From Octopus bimaculoides (Eukaryota), in the NCBI RefSeq assembly GCF_001194135.2, contig NC_068989.1, forward strand, positions 2,652,244 through 2,716,243: a DNA stretch of 64,000 nt, given 5' to 3'. This document shows positions 24,020 through 36,780 of this stretch, in pieces. The notes under the pieces are model-generated. The model worked only from the letters and a program-made list of their open reading frames with translations, made no database searches and was not told the origin of the DNA. The position numbers were made by a program, and so were the translations under genes. How positions within the stretch are numbered: position 1 is the first letter of the stretch; every line of letters begins with the position of its first letter.

Positions 24020-24807
24020 TAGGGGACACAACTCCACCGACCTAACCTCTCTTATACCCCAAAATAACTTTCAAACAATAATAAGGAATTCAGCCCATAA
24101 TAGAAAATCTGGACGTAATCCTCATGGCATCCTACATACAAATCAAAGGATCCATCGAAACCTCCAGACTAACCTAAACTTTTGGGAACCAATTCCTACC
24201 AATCCACCTCCATCATCTCACAATCAATGGAAGAATTTACCTCTGAGACTTAACCCTCAACATGGTTACTTCATGCATTCAACTAGACACAACCTAACTA
24301 GACAACATAACTTCTCCATCCACCCATATTACAATATTAAAAATAAATTTAACCAAACCACATCAACCATAGAGAATATAACAACCCTCAGTACAACCAT
24401 AATCTAGTCCGCTACACAGTCACTCCACCACAAACATATTACCACAGACACACTTTACACCCATTTTCTCCACAGAAAACAAAGCACAATACAAACTTTC
24501 CACAACAATCCACCTACTACAACCATTTTCTAGACCTAAATCAGAGAAACAGAGATGTGAAATGGAACAATATGTACAAGAACAACCGAAGATAATCAAC
24601 TTATCAAAGAAAATCTTAAGTATTACACAAACTAAAATTCTAGCAAGAGGTTTAAAGTTTACACTAAACCCTTCGCAGATCGAACCCGAATGAAATTAAG
24701 GATAACACTATGGATTTCTGCCGAAAATTACGCCTCACAGAAGCACTTCACAACTACACCAGCGAAGATGACTCAATAGTAAAAAACAAAATCTTTTTAC
24801 TCAGGGA
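24020..24807 (+). mobile_element. Penelope-like element, N-terminal ORF remnant
   Basis: KIINLSKKILSITQTKILARGLKFTLNP and DFCRKLRLTEALH match the PLE pre-RT motif (INLS..L...E..LL.KGL.F...P; F.R.LRL); upstream C/A-rich open frame. Confidence 0.75.
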
Positions 24808-25060
24808 CTAGTAGACCCGACACCGTTCGGTAATCGGTGCGCATTCAAAGCAGTGATCAATAATTTTACGAAAACGGTATGCCTTTGAATATCTTTAACA
24901 ATTCACAATAATGACTTTTATTACTTTTATTCCTACCTCAGTTCATCCAATTGTATATATCTATCGTTACTTTTCATAAAAAGCCTTTACTTTTTTTTGA
25001 TTTCCAATGTGCATTTTCGGTTATTTTTCTTCTTACTTTCCCCTTACATTTCCACGTGTA
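24808..25060 (-). mobile_element. Possible Helitron 3' terminus
   Basis: Minus strand CCGA-acggtg-TCGG hairpin, 5 nt, then CTAG|T exactly where the PLE similarity stops. Confidence 0.35.
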
Positions 25061-26149
25061 NNNNNNNNNNNNNNNNNNNNNNNNNNNNNNNNNNNNNNNN
25101 NNNNNNNNNNNNNNNNNNNNNNNNNNNNNNNNNNNNNNNNNNNNNNNNNNNNNNNNNNNNNNNNNNNNNNNNNNNNNNNNNNNNNNNNNNNNNNNNNNNN
25201 NNNNNNNNNNNNNNNNNNNNNNNNNNNNNNNNNNNNNNNNNNNNNNNNNNNNNNNNNNNNNNNNNNNNNNNNNNNNNNNNNNNNNNNNNNNNNNNNNNNN
25301 NNNNNNNNNNNNNNNNNNNNNNNNNNNNNNNNNNNNNNNNNNNNNNNNNNNNNNNNNNNNNNNNNNNNNNNNNNNNNNNNNNNNNNNNNNNNNNNNNNNN
25401 NNGGGTGTGTGGGTGTATTGGGATGTGTAGGTGTGTGTATGTGTGTGTATGCTTATCTGTTGTCTGAATCTGTTCAGATAATAACATTGTCTCGGGTGAG
25501 TGTGTGGTGTTGTTGGAGTTTACGTATGTGTGTACGTGTGTGTGTGTGAGAGAGAGAGAGGGGGGGAAGAGAGTGAGAGAGATAGAGGGGGAAGAGAGTG
25601 AGAGAGAGAGGGGGGAAGAGAGTGAGAGAGAGATGTGGCTGTAAAGTGCTTAATTATCGTTTGAATGTGTTCAAATAATTACATTGTCTCCTGTGTCTGC
25701 GACGTATATGCGTAGATGCACGTATTTGCGGTGCGTGTGTATCTGTGTGTGTGTGCGTGTACCTGTCTGAATGTATATGTGGAAGTAGCATACAGAAAAA
25801 GGTGCGTGTTGTCTGTGTGTTTGTCTTTGTCTTTGTCTGTGTGTTTGTCTTTGTCTTTGTCTGTGTGTACGTGTACGTTGTTGATTTCCTCTCTAAGAGT
25901 GCTTAAATAATTACATCGAGTATCGTATGTGTTCTATAGTTCTTTGGTTTGGTTTAGGCAGACTGGAACAATGCCTCCGTCACAGATTAATGTTTTATGG
26001 ATTTTATGTCGTCTCTGTGGATGGCCGGAATATTTTCTTTCTTTGTTTTTTAGTGGGGTGGAAATTTTTTCTTTTTTTCTAGTCTTCAGACATAGAATCT
26101 GTAGCGAGTGGAGTGACGAACTGATGGAGACTGCTGACGTTCCAGATTG

Positions 26150-26620
26150 CTGAGAGAAATGTTTCTAGACTATTCCCATTCAAACTTCTGTCAAATGTAA
26201 GCTTAACAGGCCGGATATTGTTGTTTAGGACAGAGGCAAAGGTATGTACCGTCATAGAGATCAGCTGCCCTGCAGATATAAATATCTCTTTGAAAATCAA
26301 AGCGAAAGAGGATATCTATGGACAACTGCTTCGAAACCTCCAGCTTCTATATCCAGACTATGAATTCATATTCATACCAATAAGAATTGGAGCACTAGGT
26401 TTTGTTAGTAAATGCTTAAAGGAGAATCTGGATAAACTGGGATTTTCAGAAGGAGAAATCGACTGGCAAGTGCAATCTGTGAGTGGAACAGTAAAAATAT
26501 GCAAGACTTTTCTCAAGTTCGAAATGTGAATTCGTTTGTGTTAACTACATCCCAAAGATGGAGCTTTGTGTCTTTGTTGGAAATTGGCTCCCTCCTCAAT
26601 GGAAGATTTATAATAACTAA
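26150..26620 (+). mobile_element. RLE-bearing non-LTR retrotransposon 3' end (R4/Dong/NeSL-like)
   Basis: TIPIQTSVKCKLNRPDIVV*..VCTVIEISCPADINISLKIKAKEDIYGQLLRNLQLLYP..FIPIRIGALG: PD..(D/E)..K restriction-like endonuclease. Confidence 0.85.
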
Positions 26621-27258
26621 AAAAATTGAACAGACATACATACATACAAGGGAGAGAAGTGAGTGAGAGAAATCTTTAAATTTATGCAGTAGATTTTCAG
26701 TGCGTAACTACGCAGGTAATCCACATGATTTTTATGCCTTTTTCAATTAAACAAACAGGAATCGATCTCAAACATAACATATAAAATTTTATGCTACATA
26801 TTATGCGTGTGCATGTGTGCACACATATGTATGTACGCGTGCATCTATGTATGTGTATGCGTGAGTGCGTGTTTCAGTGAGTGTGTGATATTTATGCTAC
26901 TCCAAGCTGGCTACACAAACTTTTGCTGTCAGTGAACCAGTGACTGGTCCGTTTGACACTAACGACGCTATTGTTCAACAAATGTGTGATTCCATAGATG
27001 TATATGTGTCCGTGCATTCTTCTATGGTGTGTGAGTGTGTGAATGTGACTATGTAAGTGTGTGTAAGTGTGTGTGTATGGTGAATATATTTACCATTGTT
27101 TTTTCACATTCAGTTAGTTATATTGTTTGTACATTTGTATGTGTGTGTGTGTATATGTATGTATATATGAATGTATATATGTATATATGTTTGTATGTAT
27201 GTGTGTGTCTGGTCGTGCTGTGACATAAGAAGAAAGCTGTGTCAGGGTAATTGCACAG

Positions 27259-27311
<53 letters not shown>

Positions 27312-27515
27312 CGCATGCGCGTACAGAAATTGTATGTGGTTGTTTACTGTATTTATCTTTCGCCTAGATGTGTTGAATTAATTACATTGTCTTATATTGC
27401 TCCGAGTTACATTCTGAAAAGGTATGAATGTCATTAAAATAGGAGGAGGGGGGGATACTACATCTTAATTCAAAAGAAACCAATTTAAAGAAAACTGTCA
27501 AGAGACGACAAAGAA

Positions 27516-27557
<42 letters not shown>

Positions 27558-27750
27558 NNNNNNNNNNTGTTCAACAAATGTGTGATTCCATAGATGTATA
27601 TGTGTCCGTGCATTCTTCTATGGTGTGTGAGTGTGTGAATGTGACTATGTAAGTGTGTGTAAGTGTGTGTGTATGGTGAATATATTTACCATTGTTTTTT
27701 CACATTCAGTTAGTNNNNNNNNNNAAAATAATAATAATAATAATAATAAT

Positions 27751-27961
27751 CTTTTCTACCATAGGCACAAGGGCTGAAATTTGAGGGAGGAGGATAGTCG
27801 ATTAAATTGATCCAGAACTCTACTGGTACTTAATTTATCGAACTTCAAAGGACGAAAGGCAAAGTTGACCTAGGTTGAATTTGAACTCAGAACGTAGTGG
27901 CAGACGACATACTGCTAAGTATTTCACTCCTGCATGCTAACAATTCTGCCAACTCACTGCC
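27751..27961 (-). mobile_element. Family A SINE with (ATT)n tail
   Basis: Full-length match; the (AAT)n at 27725-27750 is its 3' tail. Confidence 0.9.
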
Positions 27962-28044
27962 TTCAATAATAATGATGATAATGATGATGATGATGATAAT
28001 AATAATAATAATGATGATGATGATGATGATAGTAATGGCATATT

Positions 28045-28640
28045 ACCAGTCAATGTACGCCACTAGTCCAGAAAGAGTATAAGAGATGTCATAACAATAT
28101 AGCAAGGATTATTTGTTGGAAACTTTGCAACAAGTATGGAATTGACAGAGCAAAAGAGTGATACAAACACAAACCCGAAGGCATCATCGAAAATGATAAT
28201 GCAAAGATCCTGTGGGATTTTATGATTCAGTGCGACCATGAGATGGAGAATTGGAAATCAGACATAGTGTTAACTGAGAAAGAAAGCAAAGTATGCTGGA
28301 TCATTGATATAGCATGCCTTGCTGACAACAAGGTATGCAATAAGGAAGAAAGGAAGAAAGAAAAATCGATAGATATGACAGGTTAGCTTGGGAAGTTAAG
28401 CAGTTGTGGTCGATAGAAAAGGTGGCAGAAGTACCAATAATTGTCGGAACCCTGGAAACAGTGAGTAAAAACCTTGAGAAGTACATGGAACAAATAGGGG
28501 CTGCAATAAGGGTGGAGCACTTGCAGAAAACAGCACTGCTTGGAACTACTCGAATACTCCGGATGGTGTTCGAAAAATAAGGGGTGTTACCTTAGATAAC
28601 ACTGTAGTACATCTCCAGCGTTAGAAGCTGTGAAAAGAAC
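28045..28640 (+). mobile_element. R4/Dong-like LINE 3' end (post-zinc-knuckle region plus RLE)
   Basis: QKEYKRCHNNIARII.WKLC.KYG, ENDNAKILWDFMIQCDH..KSDIV..CWIIDIAC..D, VPIIVGTL, LQKTALLGTTRILRMVFEK*. Confidence 0.9.
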
Positions 28641-28775
28641 ATGTTTTATGCCATCAAATCCGGAATTTATGATCACAATTAAATGAAGGGTCAGTTGGTT
28701 TCAATACTACAGACAATTAATGTATTCTTATAAGTATTGTTATTAATTTTTATATTTTATATTACCGACTAGCAA

Positions 28776-28822
<47 letters not shown>

Positions 28823-28949
28823 GGTTTATGTGTTTCATATATACAGTAATTCAATGAAATCTTAGCTGCGATTCACGTTTCCCATTTGACAGAATCCTCT
28901 TCATTTGGCATAAACGAAGCTTAATAAATTTGTTCATTTTTTTTTTCAG

Positions 28950-29086
28950 TTGCGACGGGAAATAACACAAACCATGGCTGGGTGTTTAATTAATAAGAAG
29001 ACGTGAGAAAACACGACAAAGTACCGTAGTTGTAAGAAGGTGTAAAACTGAGATTGAGATGGTATCTCAGATTGAAAGAAAACCAG
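28950..29086 (+). other. Candidate spliced exon (5'UTR plus possible start MVSQIERKP)
   Basis: Strong acceptor T10-CAG|, donor CAG|GTAAAT, gagATGg at 29059; all frames closed upstream of the ATG. Confidence 0.2.
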
Positions 29087-29774
29087 GTAAATTCTCTTGG
29101 AGCTTCAATAATTAATTGCTTTCAACAACGTGTTTCTTTTGTCCTTAGACATGTCTAAACGATTTTCGTTGATCCGTTTGCTTTTTTGGCATATTTTCTG
29201 CAATTGCCTATGATGCTTCATGATAGAAGTGTATTTGTATCTGGGTGTTGTTGTATGTGTGTTGAAGAGCAAAACGTTAACATGGGTGAAAGAAGAAAGC
29301 TGCAAGTTGGATATTAACGTTAATAATTCTTTTAATTGTCTAAACGATTTGTTAGGTTATTAAGATAGTTCTATGGGTAAATATTATTCAGGGTGGATAA
29401 CGTGTGTATTTAGGGGTGTTTGGTGGTATTATATGTGATGGAAAACAAAATTATGGGAGAAGTGAAAGAAGAAATCAGTAAAAGGCAGAGCATGCGTATT
29501 CCTAGATTAGTGAAGGTGCTACGTTAATCAGACGCCGAAACGATTTTTTCGATTGGACAGGATGACATTCTTTTCATGTTCTACTTTTCTCAGTCTCTCT
29601 CACACAGACACACAGCTGCCGTATTTATTTACAATTTCAAGTAAATGACCGTAGACTATGTCTTGAAGTGGTCTCCAGCGCAATGTGATGAATGACTAAG
29701 GCGATTAAGCCTCATCTATCGCAGACGAAGTAAAGTGTTTCTCTGAAACATGAATTTTGAGTTGTAAAAGGAAC

Positions 29775-29810
<36 letters not shown>

Positions 29811-30287
29811 GTGCAAAAACACACCTACGCATGAATATATACATACAAATACATACATATATGCATATATATATACATATATGCATATATATATACATAT
29901 ATACATATATGTATGTATGTATGTATGTATATANNNNNNNNNNNNNNNNNNNNNNNNNNNNNNNNNNNNNNNNNNNNNNNNNNNNNNNNNNNNNNNNNNN
30001 NNNNNNNNNNNNNNNNNNNNNNNNNNNNNNNNNNNNNNNNNNNNNNNNNNNNNNNNNNNNNNNNNNNNNNNNNNNNNNNNNNNNNNNNNNNNNNNNNNNN
30101 NNNNNNNNNNNNNNNNNNNNNNNNNNNNNNNNNNNNNNNNNNNNNNNNNNNNNNNNNNNNNNNNNNNNNNNNNNNNNNNNNNNNNNNNNNNNNNNNNNNN
30201 NNNNNNNNNNNNNNNNNNNNNNNNNNNNNNNNNNNNNNNNNNNNNNNNNNNNNNNNNNNNNNNNNNNNNNNNNNNNNNNNNNNNNNN

Positions 30288-30431
30288 TCTTTCTGTTTCC
30301 GTCTACCAAATCCACTCACAAGGCTTTGGTCGGCCCGAGACTATAGTAGAAGACACTCGCCCAAGGTGCCACGCAGTGGGACTGAACCCGGAACCATGTG
30401 GTTGGTAAGCAAGCTACTTACCACACAGCCA
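30288..30431 (-). mobile_element. Family B SINE head, low divergence
   Basis: TTTCCGTCTACCAAATCCACTCACAAGGCTTTGGTCGGCCCGAG...GGGACTGAACCCGGAACCATGTGG. Confidence 0.95.
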
Positions 30432-32050
30432 TTTGTATTATATATCGACCAATTTTCCCTCCTTCGCTCCCGATGTTATCAGTAGAAAGTGTAAGAGCCA
30501 ACACAGTGGCACATGTGTCTTTACAGTAGATGGTCGAAAAGAGCTGACGACATCGGTGGACTGTATAGAGTCCCCAGCTCCTGATTTGTAACCAATCAAA
30601 TCGAAGCAGTACTTTCTTTGTACACTTTTATTAGCTCCAAACAAATGAAAGTGAAAGCTGACTTCGACTTCGAACAGAGAAAACTTCAGAATTCTTTAAA
30701 AGAGTGAGCAACTCATCAAACTTCACATCAATATTATCAACACTGCACCATTCGCTATTCCTATTAATCTTCGTTCAAAGATTTCGTATCTATTATCTAA
30801 AACGCTTTTCTCTCTCTCTCTCTCTCTCTCCCTCTCTCTATCTCTCTCTCTCTTTCTCTCTCTCTCCCTCTCTCTATCTCTCTCTCTCTCTTTCTCTCTC
30901 TCTCAGAGACTTTAAGACAAGTCAGTGGGATCTTTGTGGTTTTCGTCACTCTTTACAATTATCTTTTAAAGAAATGTTTCATGCATCATATAAATGTAAT
31001 TTTTGACGCTAAATCCGAATTTGTAATTCATTTATTCTAGAAAAATTTTGCAAAAATATTACAGGTATTCAAAGTTTGATAATTATCAGAATTTTCATCC
31101 AATCAGAAAACAGCACGTTCACTGCCTCTTCCATCATCAGGAAGGAGGTGGGGCATCGGCATGTCATAACATTAAACTAGGATATTATTTTTCTCCTCCT
31201 TCTTGTACGCATTCACAATATCTTTGGTTACTACGGAAACAGTACTTCGCAATCAGCTATGCAACACGTGGTGCTTCTTTGCTTTAGTTACTATGGAAAT
31301 AGAAATTTTCGCCATGGTGATATGCAAAATATTCACTTCTGATTGGCTAAAATACCCAAATTTTGCAAATTTTAAAGGCTAATAACTTTTTAATAAAGGG
31401 TTTATATGAAAAATGAATTTCATTTTCATAATTAGTATACAAAACTTGATCAATATACCAAATTTGAAAACAAATGGAACAAAATTGTAAACAGTGACGA
31501 AAACCACAAAGATCCAGTCATTCAAATGAAATTGTTAAATGAGCAGGAATTCATGTATTCGTCTAACATATATGCAATTGAAATGCATTCGGTATCTACA
31601 AGCGATGTGCTTACAAGAAAAGAACGAAAAAAACAACGCAGTAACTAAAACGTAGTTTTATTGTTTTCTGTCTTTTGGTTTTGAAATTTTTGAACAGCTG
31701 TTTTGACTTATTTTTCTTTTTACAATGCGTCATACGTTTCAAATAAATATATTTCTTAAAGCCAGATTGGTTTGAGATAATTTAATCGTTTATATAATTC
31801 AAATGGCGAGAGAAACTTTTCAACAAAATATTATAGTTACAAAATTATTCAACCAACAGGCAGTTGTCAAGAACAGGAGAGAATGCAACTATAAAGAGCA
31901 AAGTTTAACAAACTGTAGTTCAATAATGAATGAATTCTGAAACTTTTCCGTCGGTTCTTGAAGCTTGAGAAAATGATTCAATAGTCATCATTCAATTTAG
32001 TTGTCGGAAATTCAAAGGAAGAATTGAGGATAAAGTGATAATAATATATA

Positions 32051-32085
32051 CTAGCAGTAAAACTCGTTGTTGATCGGGTAATTAC
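32051..32085 (-). mobile_element. Helitron-like 3' terminus
   Basis: Minus strand ACCCG-atcaacaa-CGAGT imperfect hairpin followed by TTTACTG-CTAG|T. Confidence 0.4.
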
Positions 32086-32514
32086 TTTTACTCTTTCTCG
32101 GGAGCAACATTCAAAGTGTGATTATATAGAGAGATTTACTCCTCCTGTATGTGTGTATTTTATAAGAAAAAAACATGTAATAATTGAAGTAGAAAAAAAG
32201 ATCAATTTCATACACGAACTTGTTTGTTTATTATATGACAATAATGAGTTGTATGTGTTATTTTATAAATCAATACAGTAATGGCAATTATATAATACAC
32301 AAGGCTTTGATCGGCACGGAGCTGTAATGAAAGAGAATTGCCCAACGTGCCGCACAGTGGGACTGAACCCAAGGTGACATGGTTGGAAAGTAAGCTTCTC
32401 TATAAAGGAGAGATACATTTTGGATAATATACTCCTTGATACAATATCCTTAACAGAAAGATGGGATGTTTACGGCGAGAAGACCTTCGGTTTTAGTATT
32501 TACTCGAGCAACAT

Positions 32515-32730
32515 GGCGGCGAGCTGACAGAAACGTTAGCATGCCGGGCGAAATGCTTAGCGGTATTTCATCTGTCTTTACGTTCTGAGTTCAAATTCCG
32601 CCGAGGCCGACTTTGCCTTTTATCCTTTCGGGGTCGACAAATTAAGTATCAGTTGCGTACTGGGGTTGATCTAATCGACTGGCCCCCTCTCCAAACATTT
32701 GAGGCCTTGTGCATAAAGTAGAAAAGAATA
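32515..32730 (+). mobile_element. Family A SINE, full length, low divergence
   Basis: GGCGGCGAGCTG...GTTCAAATTCC...GCCTTGTGC..AGTAGAAAAGAAT. Confidence 0.95.
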
Positions 32731-33099
32731 TTTACATGAGAAACACAACGACTAACTACGCTGTACCACACAGAGGGTTCGGGAATTAACCATTTGTTTC
32801 AATGAAATTGAGTAATTTTTTTAAAAACTGACAGAATTTTATGTTTGTTACCAAAACAAATAGATTTATGAATTTTACGTCAAACGATGGGCTTCCGTAC
32901 AGTTTCTAACACAGCTTTTAAACTGATCCAAGGCTGCAGAAAATTACGTTTGACCAAAAAGTCATAAAGTGGGATCGAACTCGATTGGTTATTTTCGTGG
33001 GTTATGCGGTACTCTCATAACGGGATTAACTTTGTCTCTTCATTTTTGGTGATAGAATGTATCCGATTATATAATTTTTTTTCAATATATTTTTTAATT

Positions 33100-33250
33100 C
33101 CGTCTGTCTTTACGTTCTGGGTTCGACTTTGTCTTTCATCTTTTCGGGGTCGATAAATTAAGCACCAGTTGCTTACTGGGGTCGATCTAATCGTTGCGCC
33201 CCCCCCCCATGCCCCAAAATTTCGAGCCTTGTGCCTGGAGCAGAAAAGAA
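33100..33250 (+). mobile_element. Family A SINE, 5'-truncated
   Basis: TTTCGGGGTCGATAAATTAAG...GGGGTCGATCTAATCG...GCCTTGTGCC. Confidence 0.85.
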
Positions 33251-33259
33251 TATATATAT

Positions 33260-35700
33260 ATTTTTTAATTCATCAGTGTATGCGATGTTCTTGACTCTTT
33301 CGTTTTATATCCAAATCTTTAACTTCATTTTTTGTTGCCTTTCTTTTGTTGTCCTACGATGAACTGGTATTTTATTTCGTTCCTTCGATATGAATTTTCT
33401 ACTGTTCTCTCAGTTATGTTATCTGAGGAGGGAAGTCTCATAATTTCACAGTTTTGGCATTTATTTTATTCTCTAAGATAAATTCTTAGTTGCAGTCTTT
33501 TTTTCTTCTTCTTGTCTTCTTCTCATGCACATTCTGTTTATGCTCATCTTTGCTGATGTTTGTCTTTGCGTGCCGTTTCACTTTTCTTCAGTTCTCCAAG
33601 ATAATTGTTCTTTCTCCATGTTATAACATATTTTTATATCACTGTGCAGCCGTAGTGTTCTTAGTTATAATCGATCACCCTCATATTTCCGTTCAATTTG
33701 ATATTGTTTTGGCTACTTGGTTATATATTTCTTTGAATATATTTCTACATCAGCATTTTAAGTTGTTTCTTTTTTTCTTATTGAAGGTATCAGCGTGTGT
33801 AGTTATTTTATGTTCATGGTTTATATTTATGAGAGCTAAATTCTTATATTGCTTCTCTGTTTTCATTTCTGAACATTTTATTGAGTAATATTTTATCTTC
33901 TGTTGTTGCTCTTGTTGCTGGTTGACTTTGTTTGTCTTCAATGTTGCTTCTCTTTGCTTGTACCTTTTGTTCCGTTTATGTTACATTCTTTGTCTTTTTC
34001 CTTTTTTGGTCCTGATTGTGTATTGTATAATAAAGTTCTATCTCATCTTAAGCACGCTTTTTTGTGTTCATTTGAAATATTGCTTACCCCTCGGTGTTGC
34101 TTTGTTTGTGTTCTTTCCTGCGTTTTTTAATGTTGTTTTATTCTGCATTTTTTAATACTGTTTTATTCTACTTTGAGGTTATTGCGTTGCTATTTTCCAA
34201 ACTTATAATCTGGCAACATTTATTCCTAACCCTACAGGTTTTCATATACTTTATCATTTTCTGTGCTTATTGTTTCTTGTAGTAAGTTCTTCTACTTTAC
34301 CTGTTGTCATTGTTCATCTTTAAATATCGCTATATTATTAGTTTTATGTTCTTTGTGATATATTATGAGGATGCTGTCAGCTTTGGTTACCTCTGGTCAT
34401 CTTCATGTTTTCTCCTCTTTGTCGCCTTCTTTATTCCTCTTTTCCTCTGCCTGCTATTTTGTTTCTATCACAGACTTTATTTCTTACTCTTTTCCGTTTT
34501 TTATATACCGTGATCTTAAAATGGTGTTTATCTGCTTATTTTATTCTATTATAAATTTTGTTGTGTGTTTATAATCATTAATACATGGTTTTTCATCACT
34601 TCGTTGTATTTTTTATTCAATCTGTGATCATATAGCTAGTCCCTCCTCTTAAACTGCTGTTGCAACTTTGTGTGTATTTTGCTTTCGTTTATTTTTTATT
34701 CTGCTCTTTTTTTTTGGGGGGGGGGACGAATAACAGAATATGAAATGAATAGTCCATTGTCATTTTTCTCACTCTTTCTTGTACAATTAATATTTTATTC
34801 GTTGTTATATTCTGATATCTTCACCTGCGATTGACTAATTGGTGGTTCGTGTTTTCTCTTCGTTATATGTGCTCGTAAAAGAAAGAAAGGGTGAAGTCGA
34901 AACTGAAAGTAAAATTCGATATTTCAAACGAACTCTGAAAGGATTAACTCTGTGGATATTTATCTTTATGAATTATCTCTCTTTAATGGTGGTCGTAGAC
35001 ACACGAAAAATAAGAAACTATTTATTCTTTGATTTCCAATCTTCACATTCCCAATTCTTCGTGTGTTCTTATAGTTTAGAGTTTTGGATTATCTGTTTTT
35101 GCATATCTTTATTCTTCACTGTGCGTTGCTTGGTTCTTCATAAATGTTTCTAGATTTGGTTCTGCATGTTTGGTAATGTTCTTAGTCCTTCTGCTATGAT
35201 TGATTTGTTTGGGGCTTTTGGTTGTTGTTCATCTTTATTTAGTCATGTTTGATGAAAAATATTTGTTCTTCATCAATCAGTGTTAATGATTGATAACTAG
35301 AAAAGCGTAAAGTGAAAGGAAAAGTTTGGAAATTGAAATAAAATATGAAAATGGTAATGGAATTAAAATAAAGCATATTTTCCATAATTAAGAACCGGCT
35401 TCAAATTTGTCTTTGTTAGTTCTTCAAGACTGAAGGTTTGTTCTAGACTTTTATATTCATTATTTCATTTTTGTTATTAGTTCTTCTGCTTTGATGAATT
35501 TTTGGTCGCTTATATTTTGATGTAATATTTGTGATAAATCACTTCATCCTCGATTATATTGCTTTCTCTTCATCTTTTCATATTTAGTCCTTCATCTTAT
35601 ACTGTGATTTATTGATCAACGATTCGTGTCTTTGTTGTGTATTTTTCCGCTTTAATGTTTTGAATTATAATTTTTTTTTTTTAATGAAGAAGTTGATAAG
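33260..35700. repeat. ~2.4-kb T-skewed low-complexity tract
   Basis: Persistently T-rich on the + strand (TTC/TTG/TTA), with no obvious periodic unit by eye. Confidence 0.75.
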
Positions 35701-36230
35701 CAACAGTTGAATGTGAAATTTTAAAGATTTAAATGAATTATGAAAGTAATAATGAGAAGTTTTAAAATGTGTTGTGTTGACTTAAATCTGTATCTTTATC
35801 GATTTAACTTTGGTGAAAAGTTTTGTCATTTCAGATATTGCTATATTGTTAAAGAAAGCTAAAGTTCACATCATTTTAGGAGCTAAAAATAATCAGCTTC
35901 ATCATAGTACTTCCGCGTGACATCTTTATTAAAAACTGAAGAAATAGATCCAAAGTCGCTTAACAGCGAAACCCTTCGTGGGACTAGAATTTCTCTGTTT
36001 GTCTTTTCAGGTTCGTTAACATTTCTTACCGAAGAAGTTGTTGTTCCGCTGAATCCTCTGTAAATGATTTTAGTCGCATGTTTTCTGTTATATGAGGCTT
36101 TTTAACCAGCCACCATTATGGTCAATTATTTTTTAAAATGTCTTTGTAGCTGCCATGTTTAATTACAGCCCATATTTTTTCTGAAATCTACTGAAATAGT
36201 AGACCTAATGCTGAGTAAAGTGGAAAGCTG
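35700..36230 (-). mobile_element. Helitron RepHel (PIF1-like helicase) remnant
   Basis: VDFR[fs]IWAVIKHGS..W.LVKKPHITENMRL...LLR, then LAPK[fs]NDVN; compare Helitron GDFRQILPVI..G...LW.....LT.NMR...LL and ILAPKN..V..IN. Confidence 0.6.
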
Positions 36231-36599
36231 TCGGACAAAATACTTAGGGATATTTCTTTTGGCTCTGTATGTCCTTAGCTCAAATCCTGTCGAGATCAGT
36301 TTTGTCGTTCATCCTTTTGGGGTCGATAAAATTAAAGTATCAGTCAAGCTCTGGATTTGATCGAATCGACTTGCCTCACCGTCCCCTCGAAATTGCTGTC
36401 CTTGAACCCTGTAAAGGACCGGCATCCCATTCAGGGGCAATGTTGGTATTCTTGTCACTTAAATGCCAAGGAAACTAGATAACCAGCCTTATGAGTGCTG
36501 AGACTGAAGCAAAAAAGGAACACAATGAGTTAGGTGGGAAGGGTTCTGACCACTAGCATAGCACTTTAAATGCTTTTCTGCTTACATGTGATAGAATGG

Positions 36600-36780
36600 A
36601 CTGTACAAAAACGCTGTCCTTGATACAGTAAATCCGGGACGTGAAGACAAGTTGGAAGCTGGCTATGCAATAAAGTTTTGTATTAAACTCGACAAAACGT
36701 TACAGAAACTTATGAAATGCCCCAAATTGCTTCTATGGAGCCTCCACGAAATGGCTGGAGCATTACAAATGCATTGAAGT
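36600..36780 (+). mobile_element. Mariner transposase N-terminal (HTH) remnant
   Basis: EDKLEAGYAIKFCIKLDKT[fs]TETYEM, compare EQRYAIKFC.KLGK.ATET.EM. Confidence 0.7.

Noticed and set aside
27568-27714. Exact 147-bp duplicate of 26972-27118
   Set aside because: Identical and bracketed by two 10-N gaps inside an (AAT)n run, roughly one read long; almost certainly a gap-filling artefact.
31020-31510. Short inverted motifs (CCAATCAGAA/TTCTGATTGG; AAATTTTGCAAA) suggesting a non-autonomous DNA element
   Set aside because: I could not define termini or a TSD by eye.
36030-36180. Minus-strand exon-like segment with a GTAAGA donor
   Set aside because: The frame has in-frame stops and is better explained as Helitron helicase decay.
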